This document shows positions 50,062 through 60,575 of a stretch of 64,000 nucleotides of DNA, piece after piece (position 1 is the first letter of the stretch; the number at the start of each line of letters is the position of its first letter). The position numbers were made by a program, and so were the translations under genes. The notes under the pieces are model-generated. The model did no database searches and was not told the DNA's origin. It saw only the letters and a list, made by a program, of their open reading frames with translations. Origin of the DNA: Promethearchaeota archaeon (GTDB lineage: Archaea; Asgardarchaeota; Lokiarchaeia; Sigyniarchaeales; SOKP01). The DNA is taken from assembly GCA_019058365.1 (NCBI GenBank), contig JAHPZE010000014.1, positions 32,001 through 96,000 of the forward strand, in the 5' to 3' direction.

Positions 50062-52122
50062 ATGAAAATCTTATTAATTCACTCTCAAGATGTAGAAGTT
50101 GTTAAGAATAAAGAAGCAACGAGTACTCCTCAAGAGTACGCTGAGGATGTGATAAAAATGAAGGGTTTAATTCTTGTTTGTTTTGTCTCTGTTGAGGATC
50201 AGGACACATATGATACAGATCTAATTGCTAGACAAGGCGCAGAAGAAATTGAGAACGCAATATTACAAATTACCGGATTTCCAGAAAAATTAAGACAAAA
50301 AAACGAAGAAATTAGAGATTTTAACCAAAAAATTGAAAAGGGTGAAATTAAGGGAAAAACAAGAAAAGTTTTAGAACTTATTGAAGATCGTAGTAATTAT
50401 CATGTTGATAAGGTTTTAGTTTATCCATGGGCACATTTAAGTAAATTTCTTAGTAATGATCAAAATGCTAAGGAAGTTTGTCCAAAAATAGCTAAGAATT
50501 TAGAAGAGAGAGGTATTGAAGCAAAATTTTCTCCATTTGGATGGTATAAATCATTTAAAATCAACTGTTTGGGTCATGAAGTAGCAGAAATGTATAGAGA
50601 TGTTAAACTAGCTATAAAACCTGAAGAACAAGTTAAAAATTCAGTATTTAAAATAATTACACCTTCGGGAGAAGAACTCATTCTAAATTTTGATGAAAAC
50701 CAAAGGATTATATTACCAAAGGAGATTAAAGACAAAGAATTTCATACATTTCTAAATTCTGAATTAGGCTCAAGACTGATGGAGAGAGCAATTGAACCCG
50801 CTCATATAAAAGTTATGAAGGAATTTGAATTATTAGATTTTGATCCTAACACTGATGCAGGGAACTTCAGATGGTATACAAAAGGAATCATTATGAAGAA
50901 TCTCATAAAAAATTATATAGAAGATAGACTCATAGATTATGGGGCGATTCTTGTTGATACACCTGTTATGTATACTGTTAAAAATAAGAAACTGACAGCA
51001 CAAACCGCTCGGTTTCCCGCAAGGAGTTATTGGGTTGAATCTGGAAGTGATAGATATCTCTTAAGATATGCATGCGATTTCCTTCTATTCGATTTATTTT
51101 CTCAAATGAATTTGAAGCCACATTATTTTCCTTTAAGAGCTTATGAATATGAGCAGTACGCGTTTAGACGTGAATTAGAAGGTGAATTAAGCGGTTTAAG
51201 AAGACTGCGAGCTTTTATTATGCCTGATATGCATACGATGTGTAAAGATATTGAATCTTCTATCGATGAATTTAAAAATCAATATAAATTAATTAAGAGT
51301 CTTGAGAAGGATTTAGGAATAAAAACTTATGTTATATTCAGAGTTACTCAGGAATTTTATAAGGAAAACAAGAATTGGATAATTGATTTAATCAGATCAG
51401 AACAGCATCCAGCATTATTAGAACTATGGGAAGATAGATATTATTATTATATATTGAAATTTGAAAGAAATGTTCTTTCAGCACACGGTAAGAGTGCGAC
51501 ATTAGCGACTAACCAAATAGATGTAGAGAGTTCCTTAGAATATATGTTCGATAATGATGGTATTAAAAGGCAGAAATACAATATTTCTTTTATAGATAAT
51601 GATGGTCAAGTGAAACATCCGATAATTCTTCATAATTCTCCAACTGGTGCTATAGAAAGAGTTTTATGGGGTTTAATCGAATCTGCTATTCGAAATAAAG
51701 ATACACTTGTTCCAGGATTTAAAACTTGGTTATCTCCAATACAAGTACGGATAATGACTGTTAGTGATGAACAAAACGAATATGCTGAAAAGTTACTTAA
51801 TATCATCAATGGGGAAGAATTTAGAGCCGATTTCGATGATCGAGAAGAAACTGTAGGAAAGAAAATAAGACAATCTGAAATTGAGTGGATACCATATACA
51901 ATAATTATTGGAAAAAAAGAACAAGAAAATCAAACGATTTCTATAAGAAAAAGATTAATAAGTAAACCATTTGGTCCTAAAAATCAAACTTCTGAACAAT
52001 TCAATGATATAAAATTAGATAAACTGTTTGAAATGCTTGAAGCTGATACAAGAAATTTTCCAAAATATAAACTGCCAAAACCATTTAGGAAAATGTCAAC
52101 TAGAATTTATTTTAGACGCTAA
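50062..52122 (+). CDS. thrS: Threonine--tRNA ligase (archaeal type with N-terminal editing domain)
   Basis: MKILLIH, YPWAHLS, PFGWYKSF..CLGH, LRYACD, FRRE, MPDMH, HNSPTGAIER. Confidence 0.96.
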   Translation: MKILLIHSQDVEVVKNKEATSTPQEYAEDVIKMKGLILVCFVSVEDQDTYDTDLIARQGAEEIENAILQITGFPEKLRQKNEEIRDFNQKIEKGEIKGKTRKVLELIEDRSNYHVDKVLVYPWAHLSKFLSNDQNAKEVCPKIAKNLEERGIEAKFSPFGWYKSFKINCLGHEVAEMYRDVKLAIKPEEQVKNSVFKIITPSGEELILNFDENQRIILPKEIKDKEFHTFLNSELGSRLMERAIEPAHIKVMKEFELLDFDPNTDAGNFRWYTKGIIMKNLIKNYIEDRLIDYGAILVDTPVMYTVKNKKLTAQTARFPARSYWVESGSDRYLLRYACDFLLFDLFSQMNLKPHYFPLRAYEYEQYAFRRELEGELSGLRRLRAFIMPDMHTMCKDIESSIDEFKNQYKLIKSLEKDLGIKTYVIFRVTQEFYKENKNWIIDLIRSEQHPALLELWEDRYYYYILKFERNVLSAHGKSATLATNQIDVESSLEYMFDNDGIKRQKYNISFIDNDGQVKHPIILHNSPTGAIERVLWGLIESAIRNKDTLVPGFKTWLSPIQVRIMTVSDEQNEYAEKLLNIINGEEFRADFDDREETVGKKIRQSEIEWIPYTIIIGKKEQENQTISIRKRLISKPFGPKNQTSEQFNDIKLDKLFEMLEADTRNFPKYKLPKPFRKMSTRIYFRR

Positions 52123-52199
52123 GAATAAATTTAATTTCTATTAAATAAAATATTTATTCAATCTGTTATTTAAAGCATCATGCACAAGAAATCGCAATC

Positions 52200-52814
52200 A
52201 TGATAAAAGCTATTATTTTTGATTTAGGGGGAGTGGTTGTAGACTTAGATTTTTCAAATTTTTATAATAGGATCATAACTCAATCTCCTCTAAATAAGCC
52301 CCAAACCCCAATAATGTTAGAATTTTTTAGACAGTCTGACATATATCATCAAGGAAATATGACTGATGATGAATTTTATCAACTTGCATGTGATCTACTC
52401 CAAGTTTGCATGGTAGATCAATCTGAATTTTTTAAAGCATTCAATAGTATAATATCTGACATTAATTTAGACGTAATAAAAATAATCAAGAAAATACGAG
52501 ATAGTAAAAAATTTAAATTAATCGCCTTATCCAATGTGAATTCCAGTCATTGGGATTTCATATTAAAAAAAAAATGGGATTTTTTGCATTATTTTGATGA
52601 ATTAATACTTTCACATGAAATTCATTTGATTAAACCTGATCCTAAAACGTTTGAATATGCTATTCAAAAAGCTGGTTGTAAACCGGAACAAATAGTTTTT
52701 ATAGATGATGGGCTAAATAATATACGTTCTGCTAAACAATTAGGAATTATTGCTATTAAATATACTAACACAAATGAACTAATTGCTGAACTTAAGAAAT
52801 TAAAAATTATTTAA
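52200..52814 (+). CDS. HAD phosphatase (YihX-like)
   Basis: FDLGGV, LSN, KPDP, FIDD. Confidence 0.9.
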   Translation: MIKAIIFDLGGVVVDLDFSNFYNRIITQSPLNKPQTPIMLEFFRQSDIYHQGNMTDDEFYQLACDLLQVCMVDQSEFFKAFNSIISDINLDVIKIIKKIRDSKKFKLIALSNVNSSHWDFILKKKWDFLHYFDELILSHEIHLIKPDPKTFEYAIQKAGCKPEQIVFIDDGLNNIRSAKQLGIIAIKYTNTNELIAELKKLKII

Positions 52815-52838
52815 ATTAAGGAGGGTTTACTTATAGCT

Positions 52839-53360
52839 CTATTTACCAATATCCTCAATACAAGCTTTTGCTATTTTTTCAAAAGCTAATTCTACATTTT
52901 GGCCTGTTTTTGCTGAGGTCTCTAAATAGTCGCAATTCAATCTCTTAGCTAAATCTTCTGCTTCTGACTTATCTACTTCTCTTTCTAAATCAACTTTATT
53001 CCCCAAAAGGATCATAGGTATGGTTTTTTTAACTGTTTTCTTAATAGAGCTGATCCAACCAGGGATTTTTAAAAGGCTTTGGTTAGAAGATAAATCAAAA
53101 ACACCAAGTGCTGCATTACTCCCTTTAAAATATATAGTTCTTAACTTATGAAATTGTGGTTGTCCTCCTATATCCCAAAGAAGAAGTCGCACAGTCTTTC
53201 CTTCGAGGGCTACATCTTTAATTAAGAAATTGCTACCTATAGTTTTTTTTAAATCATCACTAAAATATTCTTTTATGTATCGTAATAAAAGAGATGTTTT
53301 ACCCACTCCACCAGGACCAAAGAGGGTTATCTTAAATTTAAATTGAGTTTCTGAGCTCAT
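52839..53360 (-). CDS. Rab-like small GTPase
   Basis: GPGGVGKT, TIG, WDIGGQ, NKVD, ETSAK. Confidence 0.93.
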   Translation of the reverse strand: MSSETQFKFKITLFGPGGVGKTSLLLRYIKEYFSDDLKKTIGSNFLIKDVALEGKTVRLLLWDIGGQPQFHKLRTIYFKGSNAALGVFDLSSNQSLLKIPGWISSIKKTVKKTIPMILLGNKVDLEREVDKSEAEDLAKRLNCDYLETSAKTGQNVELAFEKIAKACIEDIGK

Positions 53361-53562
53361 AATTAATTTCCTCGTATAAATTCAATATATAGTGTATCTT
53401 TTTATTTTTTAGCTAATAAAGTTTTTTATGATTTAAATTTGCTATAATGAATTTTATTAATAATTAATTCATCGCTTATTATTTCATATTATCTTTTAAA
53501 GATATTTATATCTTTATAATATAGCTTTATCATTTTTTAAGTTCCTCTAAACGAGACTACTT

Positions 53563-54843
53563 TCATGATTTTTTCTTTTTTTTCCCCAAATTCCCAACTT
53601 TACGCATAAGCCATTCAGGCGAACCAACACCATCAAAATATTTCAACCAAACATACATAAGTAACCCTAGAAAGCCACAATATCCAACCCAAACAATAGG
53701 TAAAAAAATTATTGAAAACTCGCCAGTATATAAGGGAAGAAATGCATATTGAATTAGAAAGAGCGAGAGGCTTGTCTTTCCGTAAAATAAAACTAACCTT
53801 ATGACATCATTCATTTTCTTTTTTATATCAATAATATAAAAGCATATTGCGATAAGTAAAAATGCAACACCTAAATTGTAGAACATATTTTGAGCGGTGC
53901 ATCTAACCATAAAAATTGGCATTCCGTTAAAGTGAGCATAATTTTGCTGATTAGCGATAGCTAATAACTCAATATGTAAATATTCTGATTTTACAATAAC
54001 TCCTGGAGATGGTTGAGTTCCAGGAATTACTCTTGCCAACCCAGTTTCCCAGATGTTGAAAGCAACTCCCCTCGGAACAATTAAGAATATTCCTAATAAT
54101 ACAAATACAATCCCATAAATGGAAAATATTCGAAATAATTTATAATAAGCTTCTTTGGTCCCTTTTATCATTGCATCGTATAGAAACTCGCCAAATATTG
54201 TAGACATGAAACAAACTGCTAAGTATGGAAAAATTGGTACTTGAGGAAGAGGAGAAGTTATAATAAAATGAAATATAATTACCAATAGGTTTCCTGCTTC
54301 TTTGCCCTCATATAGAATGTCACGAATCCAAGGAGAGAAGTAGATAATTAAAAGACCGATTACTGCTCTCCACTGCTTGCTAAATTTTATTGCATAATAA
54401 GAGATAATCTGAGAGAATCCAATAAACATGAGTATATTCCAACCCCATAAATTTGCAGGGAAAGGAACTGCATCACCTTCTGTTAATAAAGAGACTGGAT
54501 TGAATAGCACTCCTATAATCATAATCACAACTCCTCTTGTCAAAATCCCGTTACGAATTGCTTTTTCTGACATCTTGCCTTTTTTTCTTTTATAACTGAA
54601 AACGACACTAAGTGCTGAAAGAAATACAAATAAAGAAGGCCCAAGAACATCTAAAAATGCAAAAACAAGTCCATATACATATTTCCAATCACGATCAAAC
54701 CAACTGAGACCTGCATGAGCTAAAATTATCCAAACTATTGCAAATCCTTTGACGTAGTCTATTGAAGCAATACGTTTCGATGTATCATTTTTGATATCAT
54801 TATTGAATTCTTCCTCTATTGTTGTAGACATTCTCGATCCCAC
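53563..54843 (-). CDS. DUF1624/HGSNAT-like transmembrane acyltransferase (paralog 1)
   Basis: RIASIDYVKGFAIVWIILAH, FVFLSALS, many TMs. Confidence 0.8.
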   Translation of the reverse strand: MGSRMSTTIEEEFNNDIKNDTSKRIASIDYVKGFAIVWIILAHAGLSWFDRDWKYVYGLVFAFLDVLGPSLFVFLSALSVVFSYKRKKGKMSEKAIRNGILTRGVVIMIIGVLFNPVSLLTEGDAVPFPANLWGWNILMFIGFSQIISYYAIKFSKQWRAVIGLLIIYFSPWIRDILYEGKEAGNLLVIIFHFIITSPLPQVPIFPYLAVCFMSTIFGEFLYDAMIKGTKEAYYKLFRIFSIYGIVFVLLGIFLIVPRGVAFNIWETGLARVIPGTQPSPGVIVKSEYLHIELLAIANQQNYAHFNGMPIFMVRCTAQNMFYNLGVAFLLIAICFYIIDIKKKMNDVIRLVLFYGKTSLSLFLIQYAFLPLYTGEFSIIFLPIVWVGYCGFLGLLMYVWLKYFDGVGSPEWLMRKVGNLGKKKKKS

Positions 54844-55008
54844 TCAATTTATCGAATAAATAAGAAACAAGATAATTTCCTAAGTAAAATTTTGGTATTA
54901 TTATTATTATTGAACATTTATACTATTTAAAACCTTTTTGTTATCATTATAGTTAGTACAACTTAAGAAGGAAAAGCTCTATTTTTGAAAAACGATTTTA
55001 TAAATCTG

Positions 55009-56301
55009 CTATATATTCTCTCTAACTTGATTTACATAATATACTACTAAGCAGTAGTATAATAACATCAATAATATTAATCCTCCCGCGTTAAAAGGAA
55101 AAAATTGATAAGTTAGATAATAAATCCCCCAAAAAATGACCATTAATATCGCTATTAAGTAATAAAGATATTTGAATAGTTTATAGTATTTGAAATTTTT
55201 ATTGATAAGAATAAAAAAAATTAAAAATGGCGTCAAAACTACAAGATGATGAGGCCAGGAATCAAAATATACGATTAACATTATTAGAATTCCTAATAAA
55301 TAACCATTGATTAATTTTATCGGTTGGTTTGAGTGTTGAATATAAAAATAATAAATTGGTATTAAGAATATCAAGGTGACAATTATAAAAATCAAAAACC
55401 CATTAATATCCACTCTAATTAAATTTATGAAAATTAAAACAATTCTAGTAAGACTGAACGATGGATTAATTTCTATACCCCCTTCAGTAGTATAGGTATA
55501 TTCTCCGGTAAGATTTACAGCAATAAAATCTGTAAACATTTGTGGATATATTAAAAAGTAGATTCCTGAGATCAATAACAAAATAGTAGGTCCTAACAAT
55601 CTTATCATAGTTGTTTTTAAATTAAAGAGTAATTTCTTTGTTTCCCTATTGTACTTTAAGACTATTAAAAATGGTAAAATTAAAATTAGTGTTGGTCTTA
55701 TTGATAAACCTAATCCTATTAAGAATCCTCCTATCAGATCATTTTTAATGCCCTCTTTCAAAAAAAATAATAGAGAAGAGAGAATGAAAAATGAAACTAT
55801 AAGGTTAATTTGCCCTAAGAAATAATTCATAAATTGCGGTAACATTATAAGAAAAATAGCATATTGATGAAGAACAGATTCATTTTCAGCTTTATCAAAG
55901 GAATCCTTAAAAGTGTTTAATTTAGAGTAAAAATTTGAATCATTACTTACGTTCTTGTAAATTTGAATGATTCTGTACATTAAATAAATTATTAAGATGT
56001 TAAGAAAGAAATTGAAAATCTGAAAAACAAAATAACCCAATTTTAGTCCTAAAATTGAAAAAGGTGTAAAAAAGTAGGCTGAAATGGGTAAATATCTAAA
56101 TGGAAATGGGGAAAGCGAAGAGTTATACAAATTAGGTAAATTTTCTAACACATTCCAACCAGCGTGATAAAATGATAAATAATCATTTTCATCTATACTC
56201 ATTAAAGGACTATCTAAAAAATAAAAGAATATGAATGTTAAGATTAAATAGAATCCATTGACAATACAAGCTATTAAAAAGAATACTCGAGTTTTGTACA
56301 T
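55009..56301 (-). CDS. GT87 (DUF2029) GT-C membrane glycosyltransferase
   Basis: DYLSFYHAG...LY...FRYLP, GQINL, WPHH, many TMs. Confidence 0.85.
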   Translation of the reverse strand: MYKTRVFFLIACIVNGFYLILTFIFFYFLDSPLMSIDENDYLSFYHAGWNVLENLPNLYNSSLSPFPFRYLPISAYFFTPFSILGLKLGYFVFQIFNFFLNILIIYLMYRIIQIYKNVSNDSNFYSKLNTFKDSFDKAENESVLHQYAIFLIMLPQFMNYFLGQINLIVSFFILSSLLFFLKEGIKNDLIGGFLIGLGLSIRPTLILILPFLIVLKYNRETKKLLFNLKTTMIRLLGPTILLLISGIYFLIYPQMFTDFIAVNLTGEYTYTTEGGIEINPSFSLTRIVLIFINLIRVDINGFLIFIIVTLIFLIPIYYFYIQHSNQPIKLINGYLLGILIMLIVYFDSWPHHLVVLTPFLIFFILINKNFKYYKLFKYLYYLIAILMVIFWGIYYLTYQFFPFNAGGLILLMLLYYCLVVYYVNQVRENI

Positions 56302-56343
56302 TAGAAATCTTATCTTTTCTATTCAATAAACAATTTGAAAGAT

Positions 56344-57711
56344 TTATTCATCCTTACTCAATTTTTTCATGAAGTCTTCCATTTTTTTGACTTTTTCTAG
56401 TTTTTTAATTTTTGTATACATCTTTTTAGTGGTTTTTTTGACAGCTTGTCCTGATTTTTCTCCGATCCGACCAAGCATCACTATTAAATATTCAGGAGAG
56501 CCTATTCCTTTAGCATATTCCATCCAAATATACATAAAAATTCCTAAAAATCCAATATATGAAAGACTAATAATTAAAAATAATGCTATTCCTAACTGTT
56601 GAGAAAAAAGAGGCATAAATATAAAGTGTATTAGAAATAAACTTAGGGAAACTTTACCGTAATATCTCAACATATTGGTGAAATCGCTCTCTTTCTTTTT
56701 AATGTCAATAAGATAAAAGAATAATGCAATAATAGTTAAAGCAGCTCCTTGATTATAAAACATATTAGCACTTGTCCCTCTTATCAGAAATAAAGGCATT
56801 CCTGGAATCTCAAAATAAATTTGATTTTGGGCAATCAGTAATAATTCTAAATGAGGATATTCAGATAATCCTCCAATCATAGTAAATGGTGTTTGTAATT
56901 CAAAACCAAAAGAGGGGAGGGGTACAAATATCCCAATAATAATAAAAATAATACCCCAAACTAAAAATATACGGAATAACCCCACATAGGCATCATTTGT
57001 TCCTTTATTCATTGCTTCAAAAATATATTCACCAAATATTGTAGAAATGAAACAAATAGAAACCCATGGTAATAGAGTAAGATGAGGGGTTGGAGAGGTC
57101 ACTATATAATGGAAAAAAGTTAATACAAGGTTTCCCGCTTCCTTTCCTTCATAAAGAATAGCTCTTAAAGCAGGAGAAAAAACTATTATTATTAAACCAA
57201 TTATTATCCGCCATTTTTTCTTAAGTTTTAAAATATAAAAAGAAAAGATCTGAGAGAATCCAATAAAAGTAATGATGTTCCAACCAAAAATAACCAAAAT
57301 AACTTTACCATCTACTATGGCAATTAAATTCGTTAGCATACCTATTACAATCATTACAATTCCTCGAGTAAAAATACGATTTCTGATAATTTTTGGATGA
57401 ACAATTCCTTCTTTTCTTTTAATACTAAATATAACACTTAGTGCCGAAAGGAATACGAACAATGAGGGACCAAGAATATCTAATAAAGCATATAAGAGAC
57501 CGTAAACGTATCTCGAGCTAGGATCAAGCCAGTATTGAGCGGTATGAGCTAAAATAACAAAAACAATCGCAAAACCCTTAAGAAAATCTATGGATTGAAT
57601 CCGCCTAGGTGAGGCATAATCTCTTATATCTTCCAAAGGAATTTCTTGTTTTAGGTAATTGAATAGCGGAGGGGATTCAGTTTCGATTTCTGATATAGCT
57701 GGGGAAGACAT
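56344..57711 (-). CDS. DUF1624/HGSNAT-like transmembrane acyltransferase (paralog 2)
   Basis: RIQSIDFLKGFAIVFVILAH. Shares LGPSLFVFLSALSV and LYEGKEAGNL with 53563-54843. Confidence 0.8.
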   Translation of the reverse strand: MSSPAISEIETESPPLFNYLKQEIPLEDIRDYASPRRIQSIDFLKGFAIVFVILAHTAQYWLDPSSRYVYGLLYALLDILGPSLFVFLSALSVIFSIKRKEGIVHPKIIRNRIFTRGIVMIVIGMLTNLIAIVDGKVILVIFGWNIITFIGFSQIFSFYILKLKKKWRIIIGLIIIVFSPALRAILYEGKEAGNLVLTFFHYIVTSPTPHLTLLPWVSICFISTIFGEYIFEAMNKGTNDAYVGLFRIFLVWGIIFIIIGIFVPLPSFGFELQTPFTMIGGLSEYPHLELLLIAQNQIYFEIPGMPLFLIRGTSANMFYNQGAALTIIALFFYLIDIKKKESDFTNMLRYYGKVSLSLFLIHFIFMPLFSQQLGIALFLIISLSYIGFLGIFMYIWMEYAKGIGSPEYLIVMLGRIGEKSGQAVKKTTKKMYTKIKKLEKVKKMEDFMKKLSKDE

Positions 57712-57847
57712 TTTATCTCAAATCATTAATAGTTAATTTGTTTTTGAAATCTAAAATAAATTAATATTTTCAAAATTTATTTTAATATTATTCTTTTTGA
57801 ATTTTTATAATTTTTTAATTTTAATGGAAAAACTTATATGATTTGTA

Positions 57848-58270
57848 ATGGAACTTAAGAAATATATAAATACTCTGATAATAGGTTTAATTGGTTCAAT
57901 ACTATTAATAATATCTGAATTTTTTTCATGGTTTTCTGATTATAACTTACTAGAGATTTATATTATCACCACCTCTGTAGAGCTAGCAGATTCATTTTTA
58001 TTCTTATTTCCATTACTAAGTGGTATCATTTGTCTAATCGCAAGTTTTATAGTTATTTATCGAATAGAGTTAAAAGTAAAATCTGTTATATTATCTTTTG
58101 TTGGTCTAGGCTTTATGTTAATATTTTTTATTGATTATATTTCCCAGGAAATTGAATACTTCTCTAATTCTGGGGCTGGATTCTATTTAGGAATTGCAGG
58201 ATTTCTTTTAGTTCTTTTTAATATAATTAATGTACTAATAGCATTACAAAAACAGACAGAAGGTAATTAA
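57848..58270 (+). CDS. 4-TM membrane protein
   Basis: Four hydrophobic segments. Confidence 0.7.
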   Translation: MELKKYINTLIIGLIGSILLIISEFFSWFSDYNLLEIYIITTSVELADSFLFLFPLLSGIICLIASFIVIYRIELKVKSVILSFVGLGFMLIFFIDYISQEIEYFSNSGAGFYLGIAGFLLVLFNIINVLIALQKQTEGN

Positions 58271-58272
58271 CT

Positions 58273-59163
58273 ATTTCTAGAAACCTAAATAATAATGAGG
58301 ATGATTCCAAGGACCAAGATGCCGAATCAAGTTATTATTATGCTCTAGGTCATGAAATTCGAAGAAGAATAATAAAAATCATCGGGGATAATGAATATAC
58401 AACTTTTACTTACCTTAAAAAAGAACTTAGTGTGAGTACGGGAACTATATATCATCATTTAGACACTTTAGCACAATTAGTGGAACAAAAACAAGATAAA
58501 AAATATTATTTGAAAGAATTAGGAATATATGCATATAAATCTTTAAAAAATAACATAGATACTATTAAATCACCTGATTTTACTCATAGGGAGTTTAAAT
58601 CACCTATTTTACGCAAATTGACTTGGATCTCATTAAAAAGATTTATCCAGTATGAAAAGAAAGATAAAAAATTCACTATCATAATTTCTTTGGGAATCCT
58701 AACTATAGGCACAATTTTATGCGGATTAAATGGCTTTTATTCATTCTTTTTATTTTTTATAGAAAGTAACCATTATAATTTAGATTTATTTTTACGTATT
58801 TTAATTAATCTTAGCTTTATACTAAACCTCGTTATATTTTTTATTATTATAGAAGGAATAACTCGACTATTTTACAAAAATAGTCAAAATACATTGAACT
58901 TCTTAATCTCTTTCGCATTTATTCAATTTCCAATGATATTTTATCTTATAGTTCATTTGATTTTCAAATGGTCTGATCTACTATATATTAGTATATTTAA
59001 TTTATTTGATAAAGTACTATTAATAATTTTCCAAGTCTGGTCTTTATGGTTATTATCTTATAGTTTATGTGTAAAAAAAGGATTAAAAATTGAAAGTAGT
59101 TTAATAATTTCGCTATTAATTCATTATAGTGGTTTTACAATAATTTTATTTTTCTTGGTATAG
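58273..59163 (+). CDS. ArsR-type HTH fused to multi-TM membrane domain
   Basis: The frame upstream of GTG 58432 encodes ALGHEIRRRIIKIIG...TFTYLKKELSVSTGTIYHHLDTL, a complete ArsR HTH. Putative ATT start at 58273. Confidence 0.8.
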   Translation: MSRNLNNNEDDSKDQDAESSYYYALGHEIRRRIIKIIGDNEYTTFTYLKKELSVSTGTIYHHLDTLAQLVEQKQDKKYYLKELGIYAYKSLKNNIDTIKSPDFTHREFKSPILRKLTWISLKRFIQYEKKDKKFTIIISLGILTIGTILCGLNGFYSFFLFFIESNHYNLDLFLRILINLSFILNLVIFFIIIEGITRLFYKNSQNTLNFLISFAFIQFPMIFYLIVHLIFKWSDLLYISIFNLFDKVLLIIFQVWSLWLLSYSLCVKKGLKIESSLIISLLIHYSGFTIILFFLV

Positions 59164-60448
59164 AAATATTGAAGTTTAGATTTTTCATAGATTGAATTAT
59201 CTCATTCACTCTAATCTTTGAAGAGACTAAATCTTTTGTCTTTGTTGCAATAAAGCATGAGAAATATTTTGAGTTATCAAGTGAAATGGGAGGTGTTACA
59301 AATTCAGGGATCAATTTTATAAATTTAGGCATTAACTCTTCATAAAATTCTTCCCCATTTTCAAAGTTACCATATAAAAAATCAAGACGGGTGTAATTAG
59401 AATAATACTGCAAATTTATTTCAGGATTATTTAGATTATTTAATCTAGAATTTAAAATTAATTCTGCACAATTCATATTTATAATATTTCTTAATCCTAT
59501 ATATGATGTAGTTAACCTAGGATTAATTTCTATAAAACTGAATGAATGATCATGTTTCTGTATAAAATCAATACCGAAATATCCTTCGATTTTTAGAAGA
59601 TTTATCTTTTTCAATATATTGAATAATTGTTTAGTGATTTCCTTATGATTTACTAAAGGTGTATATCCACCAAAATATTCGGATTTGATATTCTTGATAT
59701 TAATATCTTGTGAATTAATACTCAAAACTATTGGAGTCGTATTTAAATTTTGGTTACCAATCAATGAAATACTTAAATCCTCTCCTTCAATAAACTCTTG
59801 AAGTATAAAATAACTGGTTTTAATTGAATTTAACTTATAGTCTCTGAGGAAATTCAATATTTGAGATTCTTTTTCAAAATAATGAATTGATTCCGCTCCA
59901 ACACCATCTTCGGGTTTTATCACAATAGGGCATTTTAATGTCCTAAATTTTTGAAGAATGAATTCTTTATCCAATTGTTTCTTTATATAGGGTATTCTGT
60001 AAGTTTTTGGAGTTAAAATCCTACTCTTTTTAAAAAGATTATAAGTCATTAGTTTTGAAGTGCAATTCTTAATTGCATAGAGATTTGTACTTAATATGAT
60101 TTTATTGTAATTTTTAACGAGTTTAGTTAATTCATAAAGAATTTTTGATGTTTCTGGAGCAATGATAAAAACGTATTTACAAATTTTTACTGAATTCTTA
60201 AAAGCCTTTAGATAATTTTCATGTTCATCTATTTTTCTTATAACATCAGCTTGTAAGAATTTCGATAAGAAAAAGATTCTAAAATCCAGTATTGTATGAA
60301 TTTCAAACCCCAAAGCTTTAAAATCAGCAATAATAGATCTTAACATACCAAATCCTTCGCAAAAAAGGGAGGTTGGTATATTAACTTGACTAAACCCCCC
60401 ACCAGAGACGAATTCAAATATAAAAATTAAATCTTTGCTCATTATCAA
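59135..60448 (-). CDS. ATP-grasp ligase, MfnD (tyramine--glutamate ligase)-like
   Basis: FEFVSGGG..EGFGML, IAPE, KPEDGVGA, QEFIEG, GYFGID, EINPRLTTSY. Confidence 0.8.
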   Translation of the reverse strand: MIMSKDLIFIFEFVSGGGFSQVNIPTSLFCEGFGMLRSIIADFKALGFEIHTILDFRIFFLSKFLQADVIRKIDEHENYLKAFKNSVKICKYVFIIAPETSKILYELTKLVKNYNKIILSTNLYAIKNCTSKLMTYNLFKKSRILTPKTYRIPYIKKQLDKEFILQKFRTLKCPIVIKPEDGVGAESIHYFEKESQILNFLRDYKLNSIKTSYFILQEFIEGEDLSISLIGNQNLNTTPIVLSINSQDINIKNIKSEYFGGYTPLVNHKEITKQLFNILKKINLLKIEGYFGIDFIQKHDHSFSFIEINPRLTTSYIGLRNIINMNCAELILNSRLNNLNNPEINLQYYSNYTRLDFLYGNFENGEEFYEELMPKFIKLIPEFVTPPISLDNSKYFSCFIATKTKDLVSSKIRVNEIIQSMKNLNFNISIPRKIKLL

Positions 60449-60575
60449 AACAAAATCAAATCATTCAGGTTTTTATAGAATTGTCGAACATAAAAATGTT
60501 TTTATAGATTAATTTTAAAATGATGAATAAATTATCTTATTTAACTCAAATCTATTAAAAATTACTGATTCTGAT

